Shown here: in pieces, positions 38,150-51,470 of the stretch | Numbering within the stretch: position 1 is the stretch's first letter | Layout: each line of letters begins with the position of its first letter | From: Octopus sinensis | Lineage: Eukaryota | Direction of reading: 5' to 3' | Length of the DNA stretch: 64,000 nucleotides | Assembly: GCF_006345805.1 (NCBI RefSeq) | Contig: NC_043008.1 | Location: forward strand, 18,352,001-18,416,000 | Program-made: the position numbers and the translations under genes | The notes under the pieces: generated by a model | The model's database searches: none | What the model was told of the DNA's origin: nothing | The model's input: the letters and a program-made list of their open reading frames with translations, nothing else

Positions 38150-39480
38150 ACATAGATTCTCATTTGCTTTCAGACAATATCGGCATTGTTTGTAAGAACC
38201 AAACAGTAGTAAAGATGTACGATGTGGAACCAAGTTCTAGACCCGTTTCTTATGACTTGAACTATCGAAGTATGACTCTGTGCGGCGCCAATCAGGGTGA
38301 CTCGACACGTTCAATCTTCAGGTGATTAAATGAGGCTCTAACGTGCCTTCTAATAGAATAAACCATGAACGTTTCCAAGCATGTTGTTGCAAGTGGGCAT
38401 GCGCTAGGATTAATGCAGTTACAAGGTGCAACATTTCTATTGTTGTCAGTAACTCTTAGTAAATATCTGTCTTCTGATATAAGGTGCGATACTCATCTAT
38501 TTCTTGTACAAGAAATGATGGGTGATTAGCATGAGGAACACTTTTGCTGTGTTTGTCTTTACGGCGCTATTGAAAAGAATTGTGTACCATTAAATTCCAC
38601 GTTATCTACACATACATCTTCGGGGTCGGGTTTGGGATTTCATTAATATTCAGCATGTGCTGTCGAATTTTCTTTTAATGAAATCCCGATTTTATTTTAA
38701 TTTCTTGCTAAATTTTACTGCCAGCAAGGTTGAAAACCTGCTCCCGTGTGTACAACACAAAAGTAAGCGAGGACAACTATGAGTAAAATACTAAGAGGAC
38801 AGACATTTGGAAACTTTATTTTTGTTTCAAAAATTTTGTGTTGGGTCTATGATATGTCTTAATTTTATGCATTTTGATTAAGAGTAGTAAATTTGTGTAA
38901 AGGTTAATTTCTGCTGAGATTTGTAATAACATTTCATAGAATAGTTTCATTAAGTCCTTTTCAAATCCCCCCAAACTATTTCTGCTCATGTTTTCTGTTA
39001 TCGATAAACCTTTGATGGTCGTAAATTCTTCATGTAATGACAAAGTTCCGTTGAGGATGTAAAGTGCTCTGAATTCGCACACTTAAGCGACATCATAGCA
39101 ACACATAGATATCAAATAACTAATCTCCGTATTTTATGAACCAGATGGTGTTATGAAAAACCAAGTGAGATTTTCTCGCGTATTTGATTATAGCAAGGTT
39201 GAAATGACTGTCCTGTGTAATAATTTTAACAAAATCCTCAGCTTTGGGGAAGTGGGATTTGATGATTGAAGGATTAATGAGAGGGATATCGGACAGAAAA
39301 AATGCGCAGTTCTGTTTGTCTTCGATCACCAGATGTTTTGATTTTGTTTTCATGTTTTTACCTTTCGGAAATTTTCAGGTGCTCTTTCCTATCAAAGATT
39401 TATTATGTATTTTTCCTTGCGAAAATCCGTACGTACTGATTGTTCCAAATTCCATTTTCAACATTTATTAGGTGAGTGAT
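38150..39480 (-). mobile_element. Penelope-like element relic no. 3 (RT and Cys-rich lead into GIY-YIG)
   Basis: IEDKQNCAFFLSDI...PSI...KA..F...ARKSHL.F.N..W; LYILN..; LQISAEINL; YHRPN; CNCINPSACPLATTCLETFMVY. Confidence 0.75.
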
Positions 39481-39734
39481 GTAAGGGGAACGCATTAGCC
39501 TTACAAATTAGTTGTCGTATGAGAGGGACTTAAGATCAAATCAGAAACGTGACTTGTGTGTTTCCTACAAAGTAAAGTTAGCTAGAGACGTCTGGTTACC
39601 ACGTGATAATTTTACACCGAGAGTCACAAAAATCGGAAGAAATACAGCAAATCTTCCCTGCCAAAGTTCGAACCATACTACCTCTTCACTTTTCGGAATC
39701 GGGAACGAAAGTAAAGAGTAACAATAAATCACGA

Positions 39735-40200
39735 TGCTATCTTCCAGTGCAGTATATCTGTGTGTATGTGTTTGTGTATGTTTGTACGTGTGTATGTACG
39801 CGTGTTGTTGTTGTTGTTCTTCGTCTTCTTATAATCATCATCATTATTATTATTATCATTATTAATATTGTTATTAATATTATCATTATTATTATTAGTA
39901 TTGTTATTAATATTAGTATTATTATTATTATTATTATCTAATAACATTTTACTTCGCGCCCATACATTTAAATAATAAATGTAATTACTACCAACTGTGT
40001 TGGGTGCCTTTTTCATTTGTCCACTCATTCCTAAACATATATATATATGTATGTGTGTGTGTGTGTGTGTGTGCGCGCGTACGTTCGTGTGTGTATTTAT
40101 ATATATATGTCTGTAAGCATGTATATATACGCATATATATATACACGCACGTGTATTCACATTCCCATGTATACACACGCAGATATACAAATACGTATAT
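39735..40200. repeat. (TG)n/(ATT)n/(TA)n microsatellite cluster
   Basis: Direct reading. Confidence 0.85.
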
Positions 40201-40206
40201 CTATGC

Positions 40207-41074
40207 TAGGTCTGATCAATAAGCATCCGGATTGTTGACATAGTAACGAAGCGAAAGCATGCAGAGTAAAGTCGCGAGGAAAAGATTGAGCTTGACCTCT
40301 GCCGTGCAATCACACTAAGATTTAATGTTCTTGGTCACTTCAAGTTGTTACAGGAATGCTTCGAAAGAAGGTGTGTAGCGTGTGATCGTCGCATTGACCA
40401 TGGCAGAGAAAGATGTCCTAGCGATACCTACTCAGAGGTCTATGCAAAGATGCAGAAAGTGTATGGAGAGGAGTATATGAAGAGCACACAAATGTACGAG
40501 TGGAACAGACGTTTCGAAGCTGCATGAAAAATATCGATATTGATGAACGTTCTGAGAGACCTGCAACTAGCAGAACTGAGAAAAACACCGCAGATGTGAA
40601 TTGAGCTGTGAGGAGACATCATGAAATCACCATCAATGTGGTATCAGAGGATGTGCAGATTAGTTACATTTCAGTTCAGTCCATTATCAATGAAGATGTA
40701 CGAGACGCGTGTCTGCCATGTTTCTGCGAAAACTGCTTTCAGCTGACCAAAAAGGCACTCGGGTTTCAGTAGCACAAAATATCCTTCATTGTGTCGAGAA
40801 CGATGAAAATGTTTTGAAAGCTTTGCATAGACCTATGTGCAGGTATCCTCAAGCTTTTGGCAAAATGTGAGGCAGATTCTCTGCTCAACTTATTCCGTCA
40901 TACGCAGTAAGGCGATCACACGCTACACACCTTCCTTCCAAGCACTGCTGTAGACGGCAGAAGAAAGCTAGAACGTTGAAACTTTGTGTGCAGGCAGAGC
41001 ACTCTTGAACGTCAATCAGTTCCATGCTTTAGTCTTGTTACTATGGCAACACGCCGGATACTTATTGATCAGTA
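40207..41074 (+). mobile_element. Non-autonomous mariner derivative with long inverted ends (two left ends)
   Basis: CTGATCAATAAGCATCCGG ... CCGGATACTTATTGATCAG. Interior encodes a decayed transposase N-terminus (VYGEE..S.TQ.YEW.RRF; ERS.RPATSRTEKN; KLLSADQK); right arm is an inverted copy of the left end including the ORF start. Confidence 0.88.
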
Positions 41075-42174
41075 TGTTTTTATAGATCTGTTTATTTCTT
41101 TAAAACTCGTAGAATATGTGCGCGCTGTGATAGAGCGTATGTAAGTATCTGTAACATTGTTTCAGCGTGTATTAGTGTGTTGTCCCGTAAATTCAGTCCC
41201 TATTCTTCCGCCAAATCAATAGCATTCACAATTTTCGTATCCATTTTTTATCTACCCCACTGAAAGTATATTTCTCAATCCATGAGTAACTTTTAGTAGC
41301 TCTCAAGAGGCAAACTTCCTTTCTATACTTCTATCATTTTCCTTCATTTACCGTCATATCGCATATTAGCTACCATTTGACATGATATTGATTTTGAAGA
41401 TAACTTTATTTATGCTGACTTAAAACGGTTTGAACCTTCTTCTGTTGTGTGCTTTAGGGACATAGAATACTTATTTGATTTGAAGGCAAGTAAATACATA
41501 TCCTGCATTTTGTTTGTTTTTACTTCTATCTCTAAGATTACGATATGGATAATACTTTCTTCGTATTTCCTTTTATATTGAAATATAACTCTCTCGTATT
41601 CGCATGGAACACGGAATAGTCTAATTCATTTGAACTGTAATGAAATACGTTCGGAATATCAAGATTGATAAAAATCACAAAGTATCCAAACATGTTTATT
41701 ACACAGATAGTATAAAACTATATGGAAGCATATATCACCAGACGTTGACCATATTCGTTTATTCTAAATGTCTTAGGATCAGTTAGTTCGGGGATTATAG
41801 GTCCATAAAATTGCCGATATTATTGATGCTACTGCCGTTGTATGTGTTGTAGTTGTTGTTGCTGCTGCTTTCTTCTTCTTCTTCCAATCAGGACTCAAGC
41901 CATTAGCCACAAAGAATGATCTCTAATTCGAGCCTACTCTAAGCTACGAAGAGTGCGTGTGGCCACTTGGAGATCCACTCACCACCCGCGATAGACTGGC
42001 GGCTGCACGGGGGCCAAAGCTACGTTGCTATCCTCATTCCGTAAACGGTGGATTTTAACGGGTGGAGAGCTGAACCATCCTGGGGTACAGAGGATTCGCA
42101 ATCTAGATTGGGGTCTGAAAGTTTACCACATCATAGTGGGTTACACCATGGTTCCTCCGCTTTTTGACAGAACT

Positions 42175-42363
42175 AGGAAGAAAGAGTGAGAGAAAGTTGT
42201 GGTGAAAGAGTACAGCTGGGTTCACCAGACTCCTCCGCCGGAGCCTCGTGGAGCTTAGGTGTTTTTGCTCAATAAACACTCACAATGCCCAGTCTGGGAA
42301 TCGAAACCGCGTTCTTACGACCACGAGTCCGAGTCCTAACCACTGGGCCATTGCACCTCCACT
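42175..42363 (-). mobile_element. 3'-truncated SINE family C
   Basis: Aligns with 22940-23124. Confidence 0.85.
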
Positions 42364-43213
42364 GCTGCTGTTGTTGTTATGAAGATATTGCTGCTTCTGC
42401 TGCTAGGGCTGTTGATGATGGTAGTGGTAGTGGGGGTGATTATGGTGATGGTGACGCTGATGGTGACGGTGACGATTATTATAATCACAACGATGACGGC
42501 AATAATGATGATGATGATGATGATGAGCACATCTGCAGTTGCATCTCGTTGTTGCTTAGTCTCATGTCAGTTCTTAACGTACAGATATATGAAAATGATT
42601 TTCCCACTTTAATCTGTCGTTCTTTTGTGTATTTGTACGCGAACGCGTGCATGTGTATATGCGTTTGTTTAAGTGTGCGTGTGACTGAGTGTTTGTGAGT
42701 GCGTGCGTGCGTGTGTGTGTGTGTGTGTTTACATCAGATTCCTTCAATTTCAGTCTCAAAACTGTACTTTATGTTTTAAATTGGTAAGCTGGACTGTTAT
42801 AGAGATTTGGCAGCTATTTCTTATAGGTCGAAAGGTTATTAAAGACTTGTACAAATGGTAGTACTTCAAGCAAATTCCATTGTGGTTACTGATTACAATG
42901 ATGGATAATGGTTTCGTAAAACAAAGAACTTGGCCACTGAGTATTAAGTGAGAAAGCCACAATTCAATACAATGCTGCAAAAGGCTACTGATAATGACCC
43001 CACGAGTAGTTGCTCAGTGCCTATCGATTTTGCAGTCCACGCTTTCAAACTATTTATGCAGCTAGAAGATTAAACGCAATAGCTTCAGTTTTAACAAATA
43101 TGTAACTATACGGAGTAAGACTTGACCGGTGTTTTGTTTTCTGTCAACAATTATTTCCATTACAATTGTGTAAAATAAACTTGAACTTGACTGGAAACCA
43201 ACCCATGTATATG

Positions 43214-43440
43214 TTTCTTTATTACCCACAAGAGTCTAAACTCACAGGGGACAAACAAAGACAGACAAACGAATTAAGTTGATTACATCGACCCCAGTGC
43301 GTAACTGGTACTTGATTTATCGACCCCGAAAGGATGAAAGGCAAAGTCAACCTCGGCGGAATTTGAACTCAGAACGTAACGGCAGACAAATACGGCTACG
43401 CATTTCACCCGGCGTGCTAACGGTTCTGCCTGCTCGCCAC
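43214..43440 (-). mobile_element. SINE family B, full length
   Basis: GGCGAGCAGGCAGAACCGTTAGCACGCCGGG...GTTCTGAGTTCAAATTCCGCCGAGG...GGGGTCGATGTAATC...GGGTAATAAAGAAA. Confidence 0.85.
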
Positions 43441-43534
43441 CAAAGTAACCCATGTATAGATGCGTAGAGATTATATCTGTAGCACTATAAGAACATGTTC
43501 TTAGTTTTCAGTTAATATTTCGAGTTATTAAGCC

Positions 43535-43750
43535 GGCAAACAGGCAGAATCGTTAGCACTCTGGGTAAAATGATTTGCGACATTTCGTCCGTCTTTATGT
43601 TCAGAGTTCATATACCATCGAGGTCAGCTCTGCATTTCATCATTTCGTGGTCGATAAAATAAGTACCGGTTGAGGACAGGGGTCGATATATTAGAATTAT
43701 CCCCTTCCTCCGAAGTTGTTCGCCTTATGCCAAAATTTGAAATCAATATT
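43535..43750 (+). mobile_element. SINE family B, alternative tail
   Basis: GGCAGAATCGTTAGCAC...GTTCAGAGTTCA...GTCGATAAAATAAGTACC. Confidence 0.75.
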
Positions 43751-45250
43751 TCGAGGAATCATTACGCGAGAGTAAAAACATCCGTCTTAATAACTAGGAC
43801 GAAGTAATTAACTTCTGCAGCCATAAACGATTCGAAGCATTCAATTTTGATAGAGTTTTTCATGCTGGTTTCATTCTATTATTGATAGGCCTGATGTCGA
43901 ATATTGCTAGCCATTGTACCAGTTGGAGAATGGTTTATGAAATGCTTTATGAATGTGAGATTCTGAATCAAGGTTGTTGTGGGGAAAAAACTAAATGATA
44001 TAAATAATATACAACGTCAGCCCTGGAACGTTTCTGTTTCAGCAAGTGAATTCAGCAATTTAATATTTATTGTATTATTCAAATAATATACACGACGTAA
44101 ATACCTGTAAATAAATTGTATTCGCAAATCAATAAATATATATGAAGAAAATATCTGTAAATAAATTATATCTGTAAATGAATAAATTATCTTTATAGCT
44201 TATGCTCGTTCCTAAATATCAACACATATGAGAGAGTTTCGAAAGAACTGGCCGTCATTTCAAGCAGTTGTGTGTCTAATATTACAACAAACATGTACTG
44301 AACAACTACTAGCTGATAATCCTGTACTAAAATATAGGAAATATTCTAAATCTATGCTATATGTAGTTATAATTTTGCTGTGATATCTTTAGAAAGTTAT
44401 AGATCACGGACATCTTGAATAGCAGCGATTCGTTTATGGGATTCTCCTACAGGTATGGTACATTTTAGCGACTGCTTCGTAGCTATTTCTGTATTATCTC
44501 TTCCATTTTCCATTTCTCTCGACCTCTTTCTCTCTTTAGGAAAATTTAAAGAGTCTTCTTCTGGTTATGGGAAATTTTTTTTATATATATATATATATAG
44601 CTGCAGTGTTTCTACGAGTATTTCGGGTATTTTTATGTTCGCAATTCTTAATGTTATAAAAGGCAATGGATTCGAACACCTCCGAAGGAGAAAAAGAAAT
44701 AGTTAATGATTAATAACGTTCTGATGCTTTATTAACGACGCTACGCACAATACAACTGTGTTTAAATGTTATCTTCTGGCCTTTTTACTGCCGAGAACAC
44801 TATCAAAAATAATGTACGTTCCTAACATTGTAACAAGAGAACATAAGCAAAAATTAAGAGATCATAGAAAGCTGAATATGGGGCTCTATTTTAGGTGTAT
44901 GCTGATAGCAGTAGAAGTTTGGTTTCCGTAAATTATTAAGTGAATCTACAAGAACGTTTATTTGCTGGTGTACATTAATAGAATTGAAAAAAAAAGCTGA
45001 ATATCTGAGAGATGCCATTCGCAAAATAGAACAATGAGGAAACAGAAAAACAAGTAATGATCGAAGTTTTTCACTTCAATTTCTAGAAAGAGAAACCAAA
45101 TATTCCTCAATCCACACCGTATTAAAATAAATTAAGATAAATATATAAAAAATATATATATATATATATAAATGATACATGACGGTGTGCTTAAGATATA
45201 GTCCCAACGTACAGCGATTTGGCAAACGGAAACAGTGTTGAAGCTCTTCT

Positions 45251-45287
<37 letters not shown>

Positions 45288-45887
45288 TGAGTGTGTTGGC
45301 CAAAAGTCACCTGAGAGTAAGTCATACCCATTTAGTTCCAAGATTAAAATAAAAAATTATTTTATAAGAGACTTCCTTAATAAATATTGAATGTTGAAAA
45401 AGAACTGTTAACTTAACTCACAGCATTTAATTATTTAACTTTCATAATTGGTATGAATAAATATAATTGAATATTAAGTATTTATCCAATGTTTATATAC
45501 TGTCGGTTGAATTTTGGCCGACCATATACATACATATATATATATAGATATCATTGTTATTATGCAAAATTGTCGTAAGTCCAAAATATTATTTTTTTCA
45601 GCAAACGATAAAATAGGTTCACCATTCCAGTGGGGGTGAATGAGGGGGTGTTTGTGGCTGTTTTGCATTATAGTAACAGTATATATGTATATTTATGTAT
45701 GTATACATGCATGTATATACGCATATGTTTGTTATTGTTTAGATTAAGAAGAATGCTGGAACACATGAGATGCTGGTGTGTATGTATGTGTATTTGTGTG
45801 TGAAGATCGAGTGATACAGATTCAATGACCATTGTATGTCTCTTTGAAATGTATGTGCGTGGATGGATTTTATGCATTTGAAAAGTT

Positions 45888-46042
45888 GAGTGGCTGTGTG
45901 ATAAATAGCTTGCTTACAAACCACATGGTTCCGGGTTCAGTCCCACTGCGTGGCATCTTGGGCAAGTGTGTTCTTCTATAGCCTCGGGCCGACCAAAGCC
46001 TTGTGAGTGGATTTGGTAGACGGAAACAGAAAGAAACCTGTC

Positions 46043-46105
<63 letters not shown>

Positions 46106-46357
46106 GTGTGTGTGTGTGTGTATGTGTGTATCTTTGTGTGTCTGCGTTTGTCCCCCCACCATCGCTTGACAACCGGTGCGTTTAGTCCCCGTACCTTAGC
46201 GGTTCAGCAAAAGAGACCGATAGAATAAGTACTGGGCTTACAAAGAATAAGTCCTGGGGTCGGTTTGTTCGACTGAAGGCGGTACTCCAGCATGGCCACA
46301 GTCAAATGACTGAAACAAATAAAAGATTAAAAGAGGGAGAGAGAGAGTAAAGAGTAT
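45888..46357 (+). mobile_element. SINE family A, full length
   Basis: tRNA-like head GGTTCCGGGTTCAGTCCCACTGCGTGGCATCTTGGGCAAGTG, internal (TA)n(TG)n, tail CAGCATGGCCACAGTCAAATGACTGAAACAAATAAAAG. Confidence 0.9.
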
Positions 46358-47289
46358 ATGCATGTGTCTACAAACTAGAGCGTCCGTATGTGTAAACGTG
46401 CCGATGTACGCGGATTCTCAAGGGGACAAGTCGTTAGAAGAAATGAAGCGGTGTACACTATATTTACTGCGTTCGACATAATTATATTAAAGCAGCATAA
46501 TACTGCACCTCAATGAAATTCAACAAATCAACAGCCCGCAGAAAGTTAGATGGATTTTCAATCAATGCCGTTTGATTTATTATTAACTAGATTCCAGTTT
46601 TAAAGCTACCTATTATGGCAGAATATGCTGGCTTCGTAAGATTTTCAATTATGATGGGAATAAATTCTAACTTCTATTTGTATTCGCCTGAGTATTAATT
46701 CAATTATCTGCCCTCTAAACCTTCAGGTTCAATTTCTCTGGAATGCACTTTTTACTACCAGAGTTCTTTTAGTTAGTATATGATTATTTAATGTAAAATG
46801 TGATAAAGCTATTTTCAACTTAATGTTTTAATGCACTTCTCTAACTGATTAAGCTACTTTAATAAAATAATTACGTTCAGCCAAAGATAACTTATGAGGA
46901 TGTTGACTTCAAAAAAGACACATGCGTTTAAATACAGTTATACGCTTAGATCTGTGGTAAGACTAAAGGCACATAACCCTTAAATATAGGGCCAAACTGA
47001 TTACAATTATAGACACGGTAACATGTATGTCACCATTTCTCGTAAAATTATCTTATATACCTAAACCCTGAGTTTAAATATCGCAGTGGTCAGATTTACC
47101 TTTTGTCTTCACAGGTTCGAAAAAGAAAGATACCTTCACATTGTTTAATTGATTTACTTTACTGGTCGACTTACTCCATCTCAAATTTTAGGTCCTTGCA
47201 ACAACGTTAGAAATCACTAGATAGCTATGGTTAATGTAAGGAAATCGAAATCTTCCCGAGAGAAAAATCCATGTCAACAAGCGAAATGT

Positions 47290-47670
47290 GCAGGTGTCTT
47301 CTACTACAGCCTCGGGCCGACTAGAGCTTTGTGAGTGGATTTGATACACAGAAGCTGAAACAAGCCAGTCGTATGTATGTATGTATGTATGTATGTATGT
47401 ATGTATGTATGTATGTATGTATGTATGCGTGTATGTATGTATGTATGTATGTATGTATGTGTATATGTTTATGTCTCTGTGTCTGTCTCCCCAACATCGT
47501 TTGACAACCGATGGTGGTGTGTTTACGTTCTCGTTAGCAAGTGGTTCGGCAAAAAGAGACCGATAGGATAAGTACTAGACTTACAAAGAATAGGTCTTGG
47601 GATCGATTTACTCGTCTAAAGGCGGTGCTCTAGCATGGCCGCAATCAAATGACTGAAGCAAGTAAAAGGG
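47290..47670 (+). mobile_element. SINE family A lacking head, internal (TATG)n
   Basis: Aligns with 45965-46330. Confidence 0.82.
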
Positions 47671-49470
47671 TGTAAAAGAGGGGGTTAAATCATCAGATTA
47701 TATCTAAGATTCTCTCCAAATAGCTGGCTATATACATCCCAATGTATATATCAACGATATAAAGTGTGATCCCTAATTTGGATTGGCAGAAAAAGATAAC
47801 AGACTCAGCAACTAAGAGAATTTAGTTACCCTTTTTCTGCGTTCTCAAAGGATACAATGTCGACTTTTGTCTTTTATTCTCGCGGGACTGATAAATTTGC
47901 ATACCACACATGTACCAGGGTCCATTAATTAGCTCCATCTCTTCTCTTTCTTTGACTTAGCTTTTTCCTATGTAAGTAATATGCTTCAAACGTAATTTCC
48001 TCTAAAATTTTAACTCCATAAGAATTTACTAACAACATGAATAGAATCAAAGATTGTAAATTGACTGAATCTCAACGAACTAGTTTAACGAGATTTTTCG
48101 TTTGCTTTTTACTTTATAAATTTGAGATACTTTTGGTATAGGAGTATAAATTTCCTTATTACACCAAACACAGAATTTTCAAAAAGAAGCAGCTCTGATG
48201 CAGACATGTAATCGAGTCATGCTCACATACATTCAATTATACGTATATACATACGTATACACTACATTGCATAATGTTAGGATCATAACTATGCAAAAGA
48301 TTCGTTAAATAAAATAAATGAATACAAGTATAGACATGATTTCATAAGTGAAGATGTCTCGCATGAAATAGAGAATTAAGCTTACTTAATTACCATATGT
48401 TAACGTAAAATGCATGATGTTGTTATAATTCACGTAATTAAAGTTACAGAGATATCTAAATTCCTAGTTTAACTTCATTACAACACTACCATCGGCCATT
48501 TTGACATTTCTTAGCAGGCTGTTTAACCTTTTCTATTGAAATAGAACATCTATCGAACAAGACATTAAAGCGATTTATGTAAATGGTGTCGCAGAAGTAC
48601 AGTCCATCATAATTACATTAACACAGTTTGAATATACAAATAGACGCAGAGAGCATATCGAATGAGTTGACACCAACCATTACTTTAATAATATTACTAT
48701 GCACACACACACACATAGCAATAAGCACCTATACCATTATAACTATATATTAATCGAACATGAATAATAAATTAAACTTATTTAAATAAGAATGAGATTT
48801 ATAATATCGTCTTCTCTAAAGGCAACATAATCTTCGCGTAAGGATAATGTCACAAAGTCGTATCACAAGTCACACGTATAGTTTTAATGTTTAGACCTTA
48901 GACTTACGGAATATTTTCATTTGTTCCGCTAGTTATTCTGAAGAGATGACGAATTTCTTATAGAAATAGAGAATGTTGGTCCACTCGACTGCGTCGACTT
49001 TTATTTTAACTTCTGTTTTGTTTTTTAAGTCTTGAGGAGAAACGACATCATTTTTTACCTTTTCCTCGGCTCCCGACGTTGTAGGGAGGAGCTGCGCAGT
49101 TTATCCCCTGAGTAAAATCCAGTTCCAACTGTTTGTAGAATCTGCCAAAGCAATCAAATACCAAACAAAGGCGTTAAATTATGCTGCCCCAGGGGATTTA
49201 ACCTGTCACTCAGAGCTCACTTGCTTCGTACATTTGACTGATCGAATGGTAAACAAGATTCAGAATAGTTTCAAAGATTACAGTAAATATGATAAGTGTA
49301 ACTACAAATATTAATTAACTCGTTAGGGGTGAAGTGAAATAAATATCACGAGAAGCGCAAACGGGAGACTACAGTAAAATTGCCTGGGTTTAAAAGTCTC
49401 AAAGCCACAGTTCAAATATGGTAAACCTTCAGAACATCCACCCGACAACTGTTTCCACTATAGTTTGTTG

Positions 49471-49619
49471 TACAGTAATCCCTTGTTCTAAAACGTCCCA
49501 CAGAAACCTGGATATATAATGCAGAGTTCGCGATATAAATTTACATATATTAGCCGGAAACATCCGCGATGTACTGAGTGCGGGATAAGTGACCCGCGAT
49601 AAGTCGAAGGATTACTGAA
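49471..49619. mobile_element. Short Tigger/pogo-like MITE
   Basis: TA-CAGTAATCCCT ... AAGGATTACTG inverted ends; CGCGATA motifs typical of pogo-type subterminal repeats. Confidence 0.6.
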
Positions 49620-49964
49620 CATACTTCAGTATAAAAGCAGTAAATGAAGAATAAATTACTCTATACCCATCCAGTTAACGCTTGTTATATTAGCACCTAA
49701 CGCCTCAAACATAAATCCCATTATATCACTTCGTTATGTTTCGACACAATGGCTATGTAAATAAGTAGAGCTGTTTCAAGTGAAAGTCGAACCGGTGATT
49801 TGATGTCGATGAAACAAGAGATACAGCTTTTTTCTATTTTTGCTTGTTGATGGAAATATATTATAGACGTATAGTTCCTCTGCAGTAAACTAGTTTTACT
49901 GGATTTATAGAACAAGAATTTCATCTCAAAAAGGCGTGGCAATATGAATTCTTCCTATTCATAG

Positions 49965-50400
49965 GCATGGCTGTGCGGTTAAGAAGCTTCATTTGAAATC
50001 CCTTGACTTCACGTTCAGTCTCACTCCGCAGGGCGTCGGGCAAGTGAATTTAACTGGGCAATGATTTCTGCTAAAAGAACTCGGCATTTCGTGATACCTC
50101 ATGAAAGTTAGGAACTTTTCAGCACCCCCTCCCCCGGTTTGTATATATATATGTGGATGGATGGTTGTCTAATCGTGTCGTTGCGTTCGTATTTGGTAAC
50201 CTACCACTTTGTTTATTACATGTAGCTTAACCGGTTTGTTTACTCCCATGTAGCCTAATGGTTCGACACGACACCGAGAGAATAAGCACTCGACTTCAAA
50301 GAAAAACAATAGAAAAGTACCGGAGTCAAATTTGTTCGACTAAACCTTTCAAATCGACGCCACCACCATGGCCGGAGTCGAATGGCGGAAACAAAATATA
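49965..50400 (+). mobile_element. Degenerate SINE family A
   Basis: GGCTGTGCGGTTAAGAAG...GTTCAGTCTCACT...GGGCAAGTG head; CATGGCCGGAGTCGAATGGCGGAAACAAAATA tail. Confidence 0.6.
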
Positions 50401-50705
50401 AAAATAAAAGTCAAATATGCAAAGCTTAATCAAATGTAATGGAAAATGAGTTTTACAAAACGTAAAAGAGATCGAAGTTCGGCTCGCGTTCTTTGAGTCC
50501 AATATTGTGTATGAACCATAACAACTACAAAACAATATATGCCATCAATAATATATGATGCTTCATGCAGTTATATGAAGTGAATCGATGATTCAAACAT
50601 TCCTAGAATGTTTTAATCGATATTTAATCCCACAGAATAACTGTAAATGTATTGCTATGATGAAATGAAATTTAAAGTAAATTAACTTGCTCGGTTAATT
50701 AAAAT

Positions 50706-50875
50706 TTATACATGTATAGATGCAGTCATGGCTTTGTGATGGGAAACCTGCTTATCCAAATACATGGTTTCGCGTTCAGTTTAATTGCCATGCACCTTGG
50801 ACAGATGTCTTCTATTATGGTCTCCGATAGACCAAGGTAGACTACGGTGGATATACACTGAAGGAAACTTCCGTA
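50706..50875 (-). mobile_element. Degenerate SINE family A 5' part
   Basis: Plus strand CACCTTGGACAGATGTCTTCTATTATGG...ACTGAAGGAAACT is the reverse of the family head/core. Confidence 0.55.
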
Positions 50876-50879
50876 TACA

Positions 50880-51404
50880 TGTATGTACGTTGGTATGTAT
50901 GTATGTATGCATGTATGTATGGATGCAAGTATGTGTGTATGCATGCATGTAAGCATGTATGTATATCTGCATGTATGTATGACTTATGCATGTGTGTATG
51001 TATGTTTTTATTCAGTTTATTTGAAAATATCTTGCCAATAGCGAACCGATTTCAAACCAAAATCCAAGGCTTTTTCATTGGAATTTCAACATCAACAACA
51101 GGGTATTTTTGTCTGTCTGTTTGTCTGCATGCATGCATGCAGTATGTATGTATGTATGTATGTATGTATGTATGTATGTATGTATGAATGTATGCATGCA
51201 TGTATGTATGCATGCATGCATGTATGCATGCGTGCATGTATGTGCAGTTTTGTATGTTTTATGTATGTATTCTCATGCATATAGCTGCATATATAGACAT
51301 CCTTGTATGTATTTAAATGATAAACTCTTGGAATGCTTTATTTTTACAGTTCCAGCGATAGATTGGATCTGTATGTCTGTCTGTCTGTATGTATGTGTGT
51401 GTAT

Positions 51405-51449
<45 letters not shown>

Positions 51450-51470
51450 CGTGTGTGTGTGTGTGTGTGT
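50880..51470. repeat. (ATGT)n/(ATGC)n/(TG)n microsatellites
   Basis: Direct reading. Confidence 0.9.

Noticed and set aside
41870-42175. Possible RTE 3' UTR with (AAG)n tail next to SINE C
   Set aside because: No translatable RTE motif found; left unassigned.
46385-46480. ADVRGFSRGQVV resembling a Tc1 N-terminus
   Set aside because: Short, and no TIR or further domains.
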